DNA of 63,529 nt, the filler included, from Pelomyxa schiedti (lineage: Eukaryota > Protista > Evosea): the NCBI GenBank assembly GCA_020536535.1. It is 4 parts of 4 records of this genome, joined end to end, with 100 filler letters (N's around TTAATTAATTAA, not from the genome) between each part and the next. Parts side by side here need not be neighbours in the genome. Positions count along the whole stretch, not along the records: positions 1 to 30,705 come from JAHLWZ010000640.1; 3 more parts are not named here. One strand, given 5' to 3'. Position numbers and translations under genes: made by a program. The notes beneath the pieces are model-generated. The model did not search any database, was not told where the DNA came from, and saw only the letters and a list, made by a program, of their open reading frames with translations. This document shows, piece after piece, positions 1 to 13,200 of the stretch (position 1 is its first letter; every line of letters starts with the position of its first letter).

Positions 1-789
1 GTTTCATGGAGGACATGTGCGTAAAATCAGGGGGCGGTCTCACGAACTTTTTCCAGACCGCTTTTGATATCGGTTGCAAGCCCGGCAATACGAGCAGAGC
101 TTGTCTTGATGTACGTTCTGAATCCCAACTAAATTTTATAATTTTGGCAAAGTTATATGTTATATGTAAGTAATAATATAACATAATATTAACCATAGTG
201 TAGGCTGTATCGCAGGCAGCTTTGGTCCCAGCTTCTTGCTGCATTGGATCAATTCACATGCTTTCTACGTTTATGATGGCCCAAGCTTTGGGAATGAAGA
301 GCGAGTATGCTTATCAACTGGCTGTATACTCCAGTGCTACGGATTATGACCAGTTCATTGCTTGCGATGCATGTGGCACACCGCTTGCCAAGTCGTTAAC
401 TGTATTGCTTTCGTCTTCAATGTCTCTTCTTATTTCCTTTGCAGCCACCTCCGATGTCATCAATGCGACGCGTAAATATGACGACTGGTGGGTTCATATC
501 ACACCTCCCTCTAACTTATGACGGACACTACGGAACCGGTCTGACCCCCGACGTTCATGACCATATCAACGAGGGATTCATTGCCTCTTTCAGGGACTGG
601 GTCTATGCTGATAGTACTATCCATAATCCCTGTCCCGAGTAATAAGTTTTAGATCACCATTATTGGCATGACTCGCATCACGACCACAGAGATGACCATC
701 ATGATCACGATGGCCATAAGCATCACCAGGAGCACCACGATGGATGCTTGCTGGGCTTCACGATTCCCTGGATAGACGGTAACATTTTT
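1..789 (+). CDS. Partial copy (5' part, cut by window start and N gap) of the secreted PLC/P1-nuclease-like gene at 25410-27205
   Basis: Near-identical to ~25456-26246 including introns, with a few SNPs. Confidence 0.8.
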
Positions 790-889
790 NNNNNNNNNNN
801 NNNNNNNNNNNNNNNNNNNNNNNNNNNNNNNNNNNNNNNNNNNNNNNNNNNNNNNNNNNNNNNNNNNNNNNNNNNNNNNNNNNNNNNNN

Positions 890-1644
890 TGATAATTGGT
901 GTGTATTCCTTGAGCGATTGAGCTTGACGCCGTACTTATGACGCTCTCTTGCACACAACGAGATCGGATTTGAAGAGAAACCGGCAATTCCAGGGACAGT
1001 GTTCACAAGCAACACGATTTGCGAATGCAGATGGGCTCTATCAAATTGTTTGTTTGGTCCTAATTACTTATTATATATCTATATAATTGAACAATCAATT
1101 TGAACCAACCTCGATGAAGAGCACTTGGGAATCAAGTTGAAGGTGAACACTTCCTTTGAATGTGAAAGAGCACCAAAACTTGAGGTGGATTCAGGCAGGC
1201 TCCACAGTGTGATATCAACGGGTTCGCCATCATCTACGTTGCACATTCTACACAATGCCTCTGTTTTACAACAACAGAATTCGTCATTAGGGTTCTCTAA
1301 ACGGTATTGGGAGTGTTGCATACTTTCGGAGGAGCCGCATTTTACCCAAGAACCTCTGAGAATGTAACTTGCCAGTTGAGTGTGTGTCAGTCCCGATGTC
1401 TGCCTCCACATTCCATCAACACTAAACCTCATCTACTTGTATTTGTTGCCCAATCAATGATGAGAAGAAGCAAAGGGGGAAAGAAAAACGGTTAGTGTCG
1501 AAAGACGAATGTCCCAAAAAAACCGACGACACACACCTTGTAAGAGTGGAATTTGTATAGTACATCAGTGTCGATGAGTAGCTCCAGAAACGACGTTTCA
1601 CTCTCATCAACAGCAGTGGTGCCCTCTTTCTTGTTGTTGTTCAT
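890..1644 (-). CDS. Tandem family paralogue A, 3'-truncated by gap; unknown Cys-containing protein
   Basis: Spliced MNNNKKEG..LLIDTDVLYKFHSYK / MRFSVDGMWRQTSGL..LCRMC..FTFNLIPKCSSSR / ..SSNPISLCARERH, matching B-D. Confidence 0.75.
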
Positions 1645-1968
1645 TTGATATGGGTTTTTTTCTCCTTCTTCCTAAGAAAAGGAAAGGAAGCAATGTTTCC
1701 GTTCATCACGGAAATGACAACGCTAACACAGAACCGCACCATCATTGATTCAACAGCAATTCCGGGAAGCCATTTGCCGTTATCAGGTCCCGGATTTGTG
1801 CATCTGACAGTCAGTCGCATTGCACAACCCAATTGGGGAGGAGACCCCGGAGGGTGGTAGACCGCCACCCGACGGCGGCTGGAAATTGTGGGCCACAAAG
1901 TCAGGGATTTATTCTGTGTGGTTGTGCAAAATGATTACAGAGGAGGACAACTTGGGTGTATGTTGTTG

Positions 1969-3351
1969 TCAGACGATTTGAGAGAAGGTGTTGTTTGCCC
2001 ACCCAATGAAGGTTACTATGGGATTGGGTTGCGTGAGGTCGATGTGGAATGGGTTGTCCCCTCGGACAAAGCCTGATAGGCATTGATTCCCATAGCAGAA
2101 ATTCTCAACAGATTTGTGCTTGCCTGTCAGAACGTACAAATTACCTATTTGTTGTTGGAGGGGTTAGGAGTTCAGTCTAGAGTGAACTGGAAGCTTTTTT
2201 GTGGTACTTGAGATTTTGGTGTATTTGATTACGAAATCCAAGGGGCCTTGGTATGCACTCAGGGCATTGAACAGAGTGTCGAAGTTCTGTTCTTGCACAT
2301 GCATTATGGTAACAATAACTGCCGGTCCTATTTGTAACAAGAGTTATAGAGATTTTGGAATGGAAGAGGAAAAAAGGAGCATACTCCGGAGGATTCGTTC
2401 AGGAATTGCGGCAACTGTTGACTCTGGAACTAATAAGCATTGTTAGGAACTATGAACGAATTGGATGGTGCCCACGTTTTGGAGAGGACCGGCTGTCCAA
2501 AAAAGTTTGCCTATCTGAGGTACTTCTGAGAGAAACAAGCTCAGATACCTGTGTAAGTGATGTCCGTTGATGAGAATAGTTTGGAGGGTCCGCCAGAGGT
2601 TTCAAAACAGATCGGCAAGATAGTTCATTCAGAAGAGAGATTGGGTTCTCAGCTCTTTCTTCTGAAGGCCACTTGGAGCAATTAATCAAAACCATTTGTT
2701 GCTCTGGTGTAAAAGAGTGCGGTGGGTTCCATCGGCGATTTCTTGAGCAAAGAGAAATGGGATTCGAGGTTATTGTGTCTATGCCGGGTACTGTGGAAAT
2801 GAGGAAGGCAATCTTTGACCGAATGTGTGATCTTTCAAAGCAGAATGAGGTGTTGAACCAGATGCAGAAGTTCTTACCTTGATGAAGAGCATTTTGGCGC
2901 AACATCGAAAGTGAACACCTCTTTTGGGTGTGCGGCAGCATCAAAACATAAAGTGCATTCAGGCAGGCTCCACAGTGTGACTTCAACCGGGTCACCACCT
3001 TCTACACTGTTACACTTTTTGCACAGTGCCCCTGCACATTCCATTGTGTTACACATAGATATGTACAGAAATTTTTGTTTTTTCAGTAAAATTGTGTTGG
3101 ATGCCGGATAGACACATACTATTCTGTGTTCCGTACTTTGCCCAATATCCGCCGTGGAGAATGTGGTTTGCCAGTTGGGTGTGTGACAGTCCCGATGTCT
3201 GCCTCCACATTCCATCAACGCTAAACCTCATCTACTCGTTGTTGGGTCAACACATGCCAAAAAAAACTCCCCACACACAGACTTTGTAGATATGTGACTT
3301 GTACAGCACGTCGGAGTCTATCCTCAGGCTGGCGAAAGGTCTCCTCTTCAT
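1969..3351 (-). CDS. Tandem family paralogue B
   Basis: MKRRPFASLRIDSDVLYKSHIYK / MRFSVDGMW.. / LCKKC..PKCSSSR / ..IGWANNTFSQIV*; exon structure shared with C and D. Confidence 0.75.
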
Positions 3352-3580
3352 TGTTGTGGTTGGGTCTCTCTATCTATCTAATTAAAAAAAACTCCGTTTG
3401 GGGTTTGGTGAGTTGAAGTCGCGCAGGGAACTTCGATTAGTTAACAGATGTTAGGGAAAAAGCCGTCATGTCGGTTTCATCGATTTTCGCTGTGGGTGCA
3501 TTGCTAACGCGGAAAATAATTTTGTGTTAGTTGGTGCTTGTCCCTGTGAGGAAAACTGGTTTCGTTTGTGTTGCCTCTGT

Positions 3581-3684
3581 ATAAACTGTGACAATTGGGT
3601 TTACAAAAGGTGCCACTGGCAGTGATGATTGATTGTTTGATTGGCCAGTGGCACCTTTTTGTAGATCCAATTGTCACACAGTAT
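3581..3684 (+). ncRNA. Long intergenic stem-loop, candidate pre-miRNA-like or structured RNA
   Basis: 3587-3620 pairs with 3644-3678 (~34 bp, one bulge); both substitutions give G-U pairs on the + strand; 23-nt loop. Confidence 0.4.
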
Positions 3685-3778
3685 TGGTGGGTGGTATGAA
3701 GGGAGTGCATCCACCTTTATATATACACTCTTCTGCCATTCTTTATTTCTTCATGGTTAATGGGTTGAAGAAGCTTTG

Positions 3779-5232
3779 TCACGTTTGGGAGAAGGTGTTG
3801 TTTGCCCACCCAATGAATGTGACGATTGGGTTTGGTTTGGTGAGGTCAATGTGGAATGGATTTTTGCCTCGTGCAAACCTTGCAAGGGCCTCGTTGCAAT
3901 AGCAGAAGTTCTCAACTGATTGGTGCTTCATTGTAATGATATACAGGTTATCTTGCGTTATGCAGTTAGTTTCTGGTTTCACTGCGTTGGAATACCAGAA
4001 AGCTTTCGGTGTTGCAGTACAAAATCCAAAGGACTCTGATAGGTTCCCATCTCAGTAAACATGATGTTGAAGTTCTCTTCTGTTATCCGCATTAAAAGAA
4101 CAACAATTGTTGGCCCTATTTCGAATTAGTTTCAAACGCATGGAATTGGAACATACGACGGAAGACCCGTTCCGGAATGGCAGCAATTGTTGACTCCGGA
4201 ACTGACAAAGATAGTTAAAAGGAAAATGTAGGATGATACACTTACGTATTGGAACAATCCGGCTGTCCACAATAAATTGCCTGCTTGAGGATGTGTCTAG
4301 TGTCACAAGAGCGGATGCCAGTGAGTTGCTGTGTCTCAGGAGATTGAATGTATTTTTGACGATATGTTCTGTGGAGTAATTTGTTGCGTGGAGATACAGT
4401 GAAGGTGGCTTTGGGACTAGTGGCAATGATGAGGATTTGGTGGAAGTGTATTTTTCAATATGGCGGTCTCTTGAACAAAGTGATACAGGGTTAGAACAGA
4501 AAGTACCAACTCCAGGAAGGCTGGTCACAAGGAACGCAAGTTTAGACTTGATATGCGATCTGCAAAGGTTTCAGTCAAGCTGCAAAAAAGAACCGTTGGT
4601 CAACAATGCCAACCTCGACGAAGAGCACTTTGGGTGCAATCTGAAAGTAAATACTTCCTTTGAATGTGCAAGGGAGCCAAAGCCTGCCGATGACTCAGGC
4701 AAGTTCCACAACGTTAGGTCAACGGGTGCACCTCCTCCAAGAGCATTACACTTTGTGCACAATGCCTCTAGTATTATGATATCACAACGCATTGTTTTAG
4801 CATTTAAGGTGGGCTGCCCTTACTCTGTGATGGTGATGTTCCGTACTTGATCCAATGACCTCTGAGAACGTGATTGACCAATTGTGTGTTTGATAGTCCT
4901 GATGTCTGCCTCCACATTCCATCAACACTAAACCTCATCTACTTGTTATTTTTGTTATTAGGTTGCTTTTTTGGTTTGTTTGGTTGGTTTGGTGGAGTGC
5001 ATTTTCAGTTTTTTTTGGTTTGTTGTTTGTTTTGGCAGGTGTGGAAGTGTCATTGATCAAAATGCGGGGCGGGTATCCCACAATGATGAAGTTTGTCCCC
5101 ACGCCCACGCACCGTGTAGCGGTGGTACTTGTACATGACACCGGAATCTATTTTGAGATCCACCAACGGGATTTCTTGGTCCCCGTACTCGTTGTAGTTG
5201 GCGTCATTCGCCGGACGAAGCTTGGTCACCAT
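3779..5232 (-). CDS. Tandem family paralogue C
   Basis: MVTKLRP..LKIDSGVMYKYHRYT / MRFSVDGMW.. / LCTKC..PKCSSSR / ..KHQSVENFCYCN..IGWANNTFSQT*. Confidence 0.75.
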
Positions 5233-5603
5233 CGTTTCGGTAGATCCAGATCCCGTTGCTGCACCTGTGAATTTTTTGAATACGATCAATCTTATAAATT
5301 CCCCTGACAGGNNNNNNNNNNNNNNNNNNNNNNNNNNNNNNNNNNNNNNNNNNNNNNNNNNNNNNNNNNNNNNNNNNNNNNNNNNNNNNNNNNNNNNNNN
5401 NNNNNNNNNNNGTTGTAGTTGGCGTCATTCGCCGGACGAAGCTTGGTCACCATCGTTTCGGTAGATCCAGATCCCGTTGCTGCACCTGTGAATTTTTTGA
5501 ATACGATCAATCTTATAAATTCCCCTGACAGGGGGCAAAATCAAAATAGTCGAAGTACTAGAGTAGTAATATGTACATTTAGGTGTTTGTTGTGTTGCTG
5601 GGT

Positions 5604-7157
5604 TCATTCTTGGGAGAAGGTGTTGTTTGCCCATCCAATGATTGTGACAATTGGGTTTGGTTTGGTGAGGTCCATCTGGAATGGATTTTTGCCTCGTGCA
5701 AACTGTGAGAGAGTGTAATTACAATAACAGAAATTCTCAACTGACTGGTGCTTGGTGGTAACGATGTACAAGCTATCTTGTGACATTGTTAGAATATACA
5801 GGGGGGGGCTTGATCGAATTTTTTGGGAGGAGAGGCTTTAGAATACCATATAGTTGTCTGTATTGCAGTGCAAAATTCAAAGGAACTTGATAGTCACTCA
5901 TAGCATTAATCAAAATGTTGAAGTTCTCTGCGTTGATACACATTATAGAAACAAAAATTGCCGGACCTGTTACGATTCAGTGCTTAAATATATAGAAAGG
6001 GAACATACGACGGAAGACTCGTTCCGGAATGGCAGCAATTGTTGACTCCGGAACTAAAAGAGATAGTTAAAAATGGGAAGTGTAGGATGATACAAATACG
6101 CGTTGGAACTATCCGGCTGTCCACAATTGTTTGCCTGTTTGAGGTGCTGTCAAGTGAAATAAGGTGGGATGCCACCGATAGTAAATTCTTAGAATGGTGA
6201 TGGACCCGGCTTTGTGTGATGTGGGGTGCTGTATTCCGACAAAACGTGGCGATGTGCTGGGTTTGTACGTTGGGATTGCTGTATATTATGAGATTGAGTG
6301 GGTTCCTGGTGACATCCTCTGAGTGTTGCTTTGCACGAACACACAGTGATGAAGGTGGTGGTGATGACGATGACGATGATGATGACGATGATGACTGTGA
6401 GGGTGAGAGTAAGGGTTTAGGGGAGGTGGGCCTGTCAATGCGACGGTCTCTCGAAAGAAGTGAAACGGGGTTTGATGAGAATGTGGCAATTCCAGGAACG
6501 CTGGTCACAAGGAATACAATCTTAGACCCGATATGCGATCTGCGAAAAGGTGTCAAGCGCGAATATAAAAAGGATAGAAGTAAATGCCGACCTCGATGAA
6601 GTGCACTTTGGGGTTAATTTGAAGGTGAAAACTTCCTTCGAATGTGAAAGAGCATCAAAGCATGATGTGGGATCAGGCAGATTACACAGTGTCACTTCAA
6701 CAGGCGAACCATTTTCGCAATTACATCTTGTGCACGATACCTCTGCAATTTTATATTATATTATTGGTGAGGTTGAGAGTAGCTTTTACGTGAGAAAAGT
6801 TTTTTTTTTTTTTTGTTATGTGAGATCACAGTGTGACACATACTATTCGCTGTTCCGTACTTTGCCCAATATCCGCCGTTGAGCATGTGGCTTGCCAATT
6901 GGGTGTGTGACAGTCCAGCTGTCTCCCGCCACATTCCATCAACTCTCAACCTCATCTTTGGTTTTGGTTGTTGTTTGCCGTTAGAGGCAGTGTTATGGGA
7001 CATTCTCGCTCTCTTTGTCTCATCCCATTGTGTGTTGGGACCGGGTGCGCACCGTGTAGATGTGGTACTTGTACATGACGTCAGCGTCTATTCTCAGGTC
7101 TACAAACAGAGACTTGGAACTTACACTGACGCCGTCGTGGTCCTGCCGAGTGTACAT
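5604..7157 (-). CDS. Tandem family paralogue D
   Basis: MYTRQDH..LRIDADVMYKYHIYT / MRLRVDGMW.. / PKCTSSR / poly-Ser linker / ..IGWANNTFSQE*. Confidence 0.75.
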
Positions 7158-7234
7158 CTCACAAACCAAATTGAATCGAAATCAATTTCCAGGAAGTGAT
7201 GACAACTATTTAAATATTTTCGTTTTGGGAAGAG

Positions 7235-10200
7235 ATGAAAGCGACTGAGTACGGAGACGTGTCCTTGTCTCTGGATTTAAACGACGTGCGTGCGTTTTGT
7301 ATTATGGGTTTTGGTTTCGGAGTCTTTAGAGTAGTTTTTGCCTTTTATAGGTACATTCTTAACAACAATTTACTCCCAATAGGTTCTGTCTGACATTTCA
7401 TTGGATGTTAATATAGGGAGTTTGGGTGATGGTGCATAACTGACCCACCTCAAACAATTAATTTCGCTTTTTCCCCCTTCCATAGTATTTTCTTATGGGA
7501 ATTAGGAATGCTGGAGGAAGCCCTACAACTAGGGTCCCGTTCTGACACTCACCAAATTGTGGCAAAGGATAAGAACTATCATGCACTATCAACTAGCTCT
7601 GTGTTGCCTTCTTTGAATTTACCCCAACCCCCTACTTCCCAACCTTCACCGATAAATATATCACAACCACAGCTTTCACCAGTAAATATATCACAAGCAC
7701 AGCCCCTCCCAAGCACTATCACTACACACCCCACAGCGTCACTGCCACTGCCAAATTCACAGCAGTCACCTGGTGTTCCTGTTCCACCGGCACCAGTGGC
7801 AAATACTACTTGGCAGCCATCATTGCGTAAGACGCTCCCCCTAGATACAAATTCTCCATCCAAGAGGTTGGAACACACTACCTCCACCTCCTTGGAGGCA
7901 CCTGCTACCCCAAGTAAAAATACCCCACCACCTTCACCACAGACAAATCATCCGGCTGATTCACAAGTTGCCCATAGCGCACCACTCCCTTCTAAAGCTG
8001 AGAATATGCTCCGGCCCCAACCACAGACAGAACATCTTCCAGCTCAAAGTGCAGTGCCACCGGCTGCACCCACGGCACTTCCCACAAAACAAATTTTGGA
8101 CTCTGCAAGAGAGACATTACCTTCGCCACAAGCAGTTTGTATACCTCCTCTGCGTTCCAAAGTTAATCAATTCGCAGGGTCACGAACTTGATCACATTCT
8201 TCGTGAATCGGATTCCTTTGAAGTAGGACAAATTGATATTGATGCCATTCTTTCTGCAATCCGCAATGTTAGTCAAAGTAATAGCAAAATCGTTCATGAC
8301 CCGTACAGGAGCAACTTCGGACTGTTCACTCAGCAACTCCTGGTGTTTTGAAGATAGACCCCATGCACAGAATTGCATCAACTCTATCTTCACCTACCAT
8401 GAAAAAAGAAGCAGGGCTGCCAACATCACTTTGTGTACGCTTACAGTGTCCCTGTATATTGTCTCACTTATTTAGATTACATCTTTCATTGCTATTGGTA
8501 TGTCACATGGTGTAGTTCTGGTCTTTGACCTGTCCGAAAATTTGCGGATTATTATTGGAGGAACTCAAGGTCTTTACTGTCTCAACTATATCATCATAAC
8601 CAAGATAACAGTATCGGAGTATGGGCCTGTTACCTCAATTGATGCCCCCAAAGGTGCCTTCAGGCATTTGGTACCTCAATTAATACATGTTTAGGAATTA
8701 TTGCACGTGATCAGGCCGGTTGGCTTCTCTGTGGCTATCAATCTGGTCACGTTGCTCTCTGGGATGTAGTTTCTGGCAAACTACTGAAAATCGTGAATGA
8801 TGCGCACAGCCTACCCGTTTTGTGGGTCAAGTTTGCCGGAGACAATCACAGATCACTAACAGTCGATTCGCAGGTAATTTTTCTCCCTGTTGATTTTCCT
8901 TTAGCTTATGGATTACAAGGGGAACATGCAACTTCATGATTTCACCTCTCGTTTTTTTGGAATTAACAACGAGCACGTACTCGTTTTAAGTGGCAAGCAG
9001 ATTGGAGTGATATTGTCCCTCGAAGTCCTCCCTTCTGGTTTCTGTTCGCATGCAACTGACACGCACTGCTTATTTGCCTTCTGTACAAATCAAAAGGTTT
9101 TCTGCAGTTGTAGATGTGACACCGATCATTTAATTTACCTTATAGGTGCACCTCATGGGCTTAGGCTCAGGGTTGTCTGTGAAAATATGCCAAAAAACAA
9201 AGCTTAAGAAACCAGAAAGTAGTCCACCAGGAGCAATTCCCTACCTGGCCTGGAGGCGGGCTTGCCCACCATCCAATGCTGAGAGTTTGATTTCATTTTT
9301 CATAACAGGTATCTAATTTAACTTCAGGTGGCAACAAAGTCTTAGACCCAATTCTTGCCGTTGGTTGGGGTCTTAATATTCGATTGCTACAGGTATTCTG
9401 TTCGGTATAAACATATTATTTACTCTTGGGAAAGACAGTAGAAGATGTAATTAAAGGGACCAACCCTGAAGAACTGAATGGCATCGAATTTATTGCTGTT
9501 GGTGACTATGATATTGGCACCCAAATCAATGGATTATCTTGGCTTGGGCCCGAAGTTTGTTCTGTCCCTTCTCTTCCTTATAACTCTAATGAATTAGGCA
9601 ATTGTAATGTTGGGAGACAATGACGTTATCCGAGTATGGGATCCATTTTCTGCAACGTTCATTGAAAGTGCTTCTTCGAGAGTAAGAGCTCTTTTGCGTT
9701 TTATTTCCTTAAAAAAATGCAGAAAATGGAGCTAGTGTATCACTCAAGGATAGTGCACCCATCTACCAAGAAGCCAGAGTTATCTTTTTCGAATTGCATT
9801 TTTAGCACCCACAAGCACGTTTATCTTATGGAAAGCCCTTCCTGTTATCCTGAGGGAGTCTCACTGTTTTGTCTTCCAGGGACTAGCCGCCATCCACAAG
9901 ATGCACCTTCAGTCCTGGGAAGAATGTATCGAATCACTTGTAACTAAGCACATGTGGCAAGAAGCCCTGTCTCTTACTTTAGATATATTCCAGGTATACT
10001 AGTTCATGGAAATCCCCAGTTGATTTTTTGAAAAATAGGGACGAGCCAAAATTACTTTGGGCTTACCCCAAGACATTAAGACAACAAAAATAGCTGCAAC
10101 GCGCAAGATGCAAGAATTACTTACTGCAATGTTGAACAGGGGACTGGTCTTGCCAGGCACCAAACCTATGCAGGCTTCTCTTCTTCCTGCCATTTTTACT

Positions 10201-13200
10201 CCAGCGTTGTACCCTTATTTTCTTGTTCTGTTCCATGCTCACACATGAAAAGTGCACTGGCGCAGTTGTGTATAAATTTTTGTCTAGAGATTGGTGTGCA
10301 CGGACCACGACGCATTTTCGTTGGACTCACAAACAACTGTAGGCTGTGTGGATTTTCTCTTCCAGTCCTTGTACCCGCTGTTCCTGACCAACAAAGTTCA
10401 TTACAGCTTTTTGATGCACTTGATACCCTTCATTTTAGAATCTAAAATCAATAACCTTCCCCCCAAGGTACCAAAATTGTGTGAGTAAGTTTCCCTTCTG
10501 ATGGCAATAGATTCTGGACAACTTATTTGAATTTTGTATTTCTCAGTCAAGGAAACAACTACTCGAGCAATGCATATATCACTTAAATCCAGCTTCTCTT
10601 CAAGATTCTAAAGTTTCTCTCTGTCTACATCCTAGCCTAATGAACTGGTAGGTTCTTTCACTGTGCAGAGAGCAGAAACTAGTTGGATGTCTTTTTTATT
10701 TATATGGAAATCTACCAAATAGTGATTATACCACTCCACTTCGTGACGTTGAGGATTTGTTGCCCCTTCTCAGAGAACATGTTGTCCCTCTGCCCTACCT
10801 GTAACACTCAACTCATGTACTTGACCAGAAACACATTGGCGCGCTGGTTCTGAAATACATATCTTCTTGTTTATTGGGATTGTGCTTTCAAACAAACACT
10901 CCAATTCCGCCAGCCAAACTTTATGACTTACGTGTTGAGGTACTGTTTTTCTTCCAGAATATGTCTCATCCCAGTAGGTTACAAGGTACTTGTTCATTCC
11001 TCTGTTGCCTCCAGGTGTGTGGTAAAACTCATTTTACATTCTTAAAATCTGGCCATTCAGATCCAAGAGAATTTCCACGGTTGTATTACCTCGCAAAATT
11101 TGATACTGCCACATTACTGAAAGCTCTAGTCCCAACATACAACTTGCACACTGTGGTATTTTTTCTGTAAGAGGGTTTTATTAAAAGCTTCTCAGATAGC
11201 GGGAACTCCTCTTTCATGTCAAAGAATGGCAGAGATCCTTATTAATGTGATTGTTGACAAAAACATGATTGCAACACCTTCTCTTTTTGGTTCCGTGAGT
11301 GCGACAGCCTCTTCTCGACACGACTTCACAGTAGCTCAACCTTTTCTTGAAGGGCCATTTATTTCCTTATATACAGGTGGAACAACAGGGGCACTTATTT
11401 GCGTTCCTTGCACGCTACTTCTCAAAGGATATAATTACACTTCCGCCGGTATGCCAAGAGACTCTTCAACTCTTACACATGTAGGCAATCCTGTCACTCA
11501 TCTTACATGGGTATCTCTGTTCGCCTCACGTGTTGAAGCCGTTCCAAGTGACCCCAAGTTCCTCAGTGAGTGCTGCAGACCTACGGCTGCAAAATGAACA
11601 AATTCTGACTGAAATGTTGCCCAAACTTCTGAAATCATCTTACGATGTACACAAACTACTGTTGTTGGCAGAAGGAGTTGAATTGTGGGTACCCAAATTA
11701 TTTCTACTTTTCTAATTTCATCAGTTTTTCCGTGGCGGAAAGGATTTACATGCACCTGCAAAATTTTCCGAAAGTTATCTCTACCAGGTTGAAAAACCCG
11801 CAAGAGAAGGTACAAATAATGCAACGCCTCCTACAGGAGTTAACTCTTCAAGACCGCTGCCTTTGAATTGATCCAAAAACTTTATGAAAACTCTGCACTA
11901 ACTGAACGTCAAAAATTGGATATCAAAGCATCTGTGATGCAGAATCTGCCTGCTCTTCTTCAAATCGACAGCAATAGGTAACAAAAATCGTTTTTTTTTT
12001 CCCTCTAATGTTTGTCAGATTGAGTCAACTTGTAATTGAATTCTTCGCCGCAGACTACCAGCAAGTTCTCTTACAGTTAGCGGACCAACCACAGCTCCAG
12101 CATAGCTTCTTAGAACAAATCATGTCACAAGAGGGAAAGTGTGGCTTCCATGCCTACATTTTCCATTTAACCAAAGCCCATGGTCAGGAAGATGCTAGAG
12201 AAAAATGGAATACGCATTGCTCCAGAAACTCACGTATTGTACCTCACCTTATTGTGCCAATATTCGTCCGATAGTGTGTTGGGTTATCTCTCTTCCTGTG
12301 ACGATTATCCTCTTGATGAATGTATCAAGGTATTGCAATTGTTTCTTCTTTTTCCAAACTTAGCATTAATTTTTTACAAGATTGTTCAAAAACATAAATT
12401 GATGGATGCAGAACTGTTTCTTCTTGAACGCACCGGAGATCTATCTGCTGCATTAACTCGAATGATTCAGGTTTGCACAACTTCATACGTGCAAAACACT
12501 CAAAGCCAACAACAAAAAAAGACTATTGGATCCCAGATAGAAGGCCTGAAGCTTTTTTATCGTCAGTTGCATTCCACATCTTCAGTGCAAGTCGATCAGG
12601 GTACTTCTATTGAGGTTTTTTTTTGATGGAACGCTAATAAACATTACAGTCTTCCCAGTCCACACGGAAGAAAAGCAACTTACATCCTCTCTGAATCGAG
12701 CTATAACGTTGTGTCAAAGAAATACAAACAGGTTACAGGACTCAGAAGTTGAGGTTGTCACCTTCCTGTATCTAAAAATCTGAACTTCACCAGAGCTTGT
12801 GGTTCACCCTTCTTGATACTGTTATTATACCTTTGCGTTCCCTGAAACACAACAAGTGGGCAGCAAAAAAGATAACAGCATCCTCCTCTGAGTCTGTGAC
12901 ACTGACAGCTCATGAGGCATCAAGTACAGCCCCTCCAAAATAGATCGCACATTTACCCCTTCTAGATAGATCAATGCTCAAAGCTCTCACATACCTGACA
13001 AACCTTATTCTGACTAATATGATGGGAAACGTCAAACTTACGCTTCTGCTTCAGAAAATCGTCCGCGATCACGGGAAAGGTATATCTTCGAGAATATGAT
13101 GAGAGCTCTCTAAGCTTATCTAATAGATGAATTTGGTGATCTTAAGTTAGTGATACTGGGTGTTCTTGAGACTTACGCATATGAAACGGAAATTCTCAAA

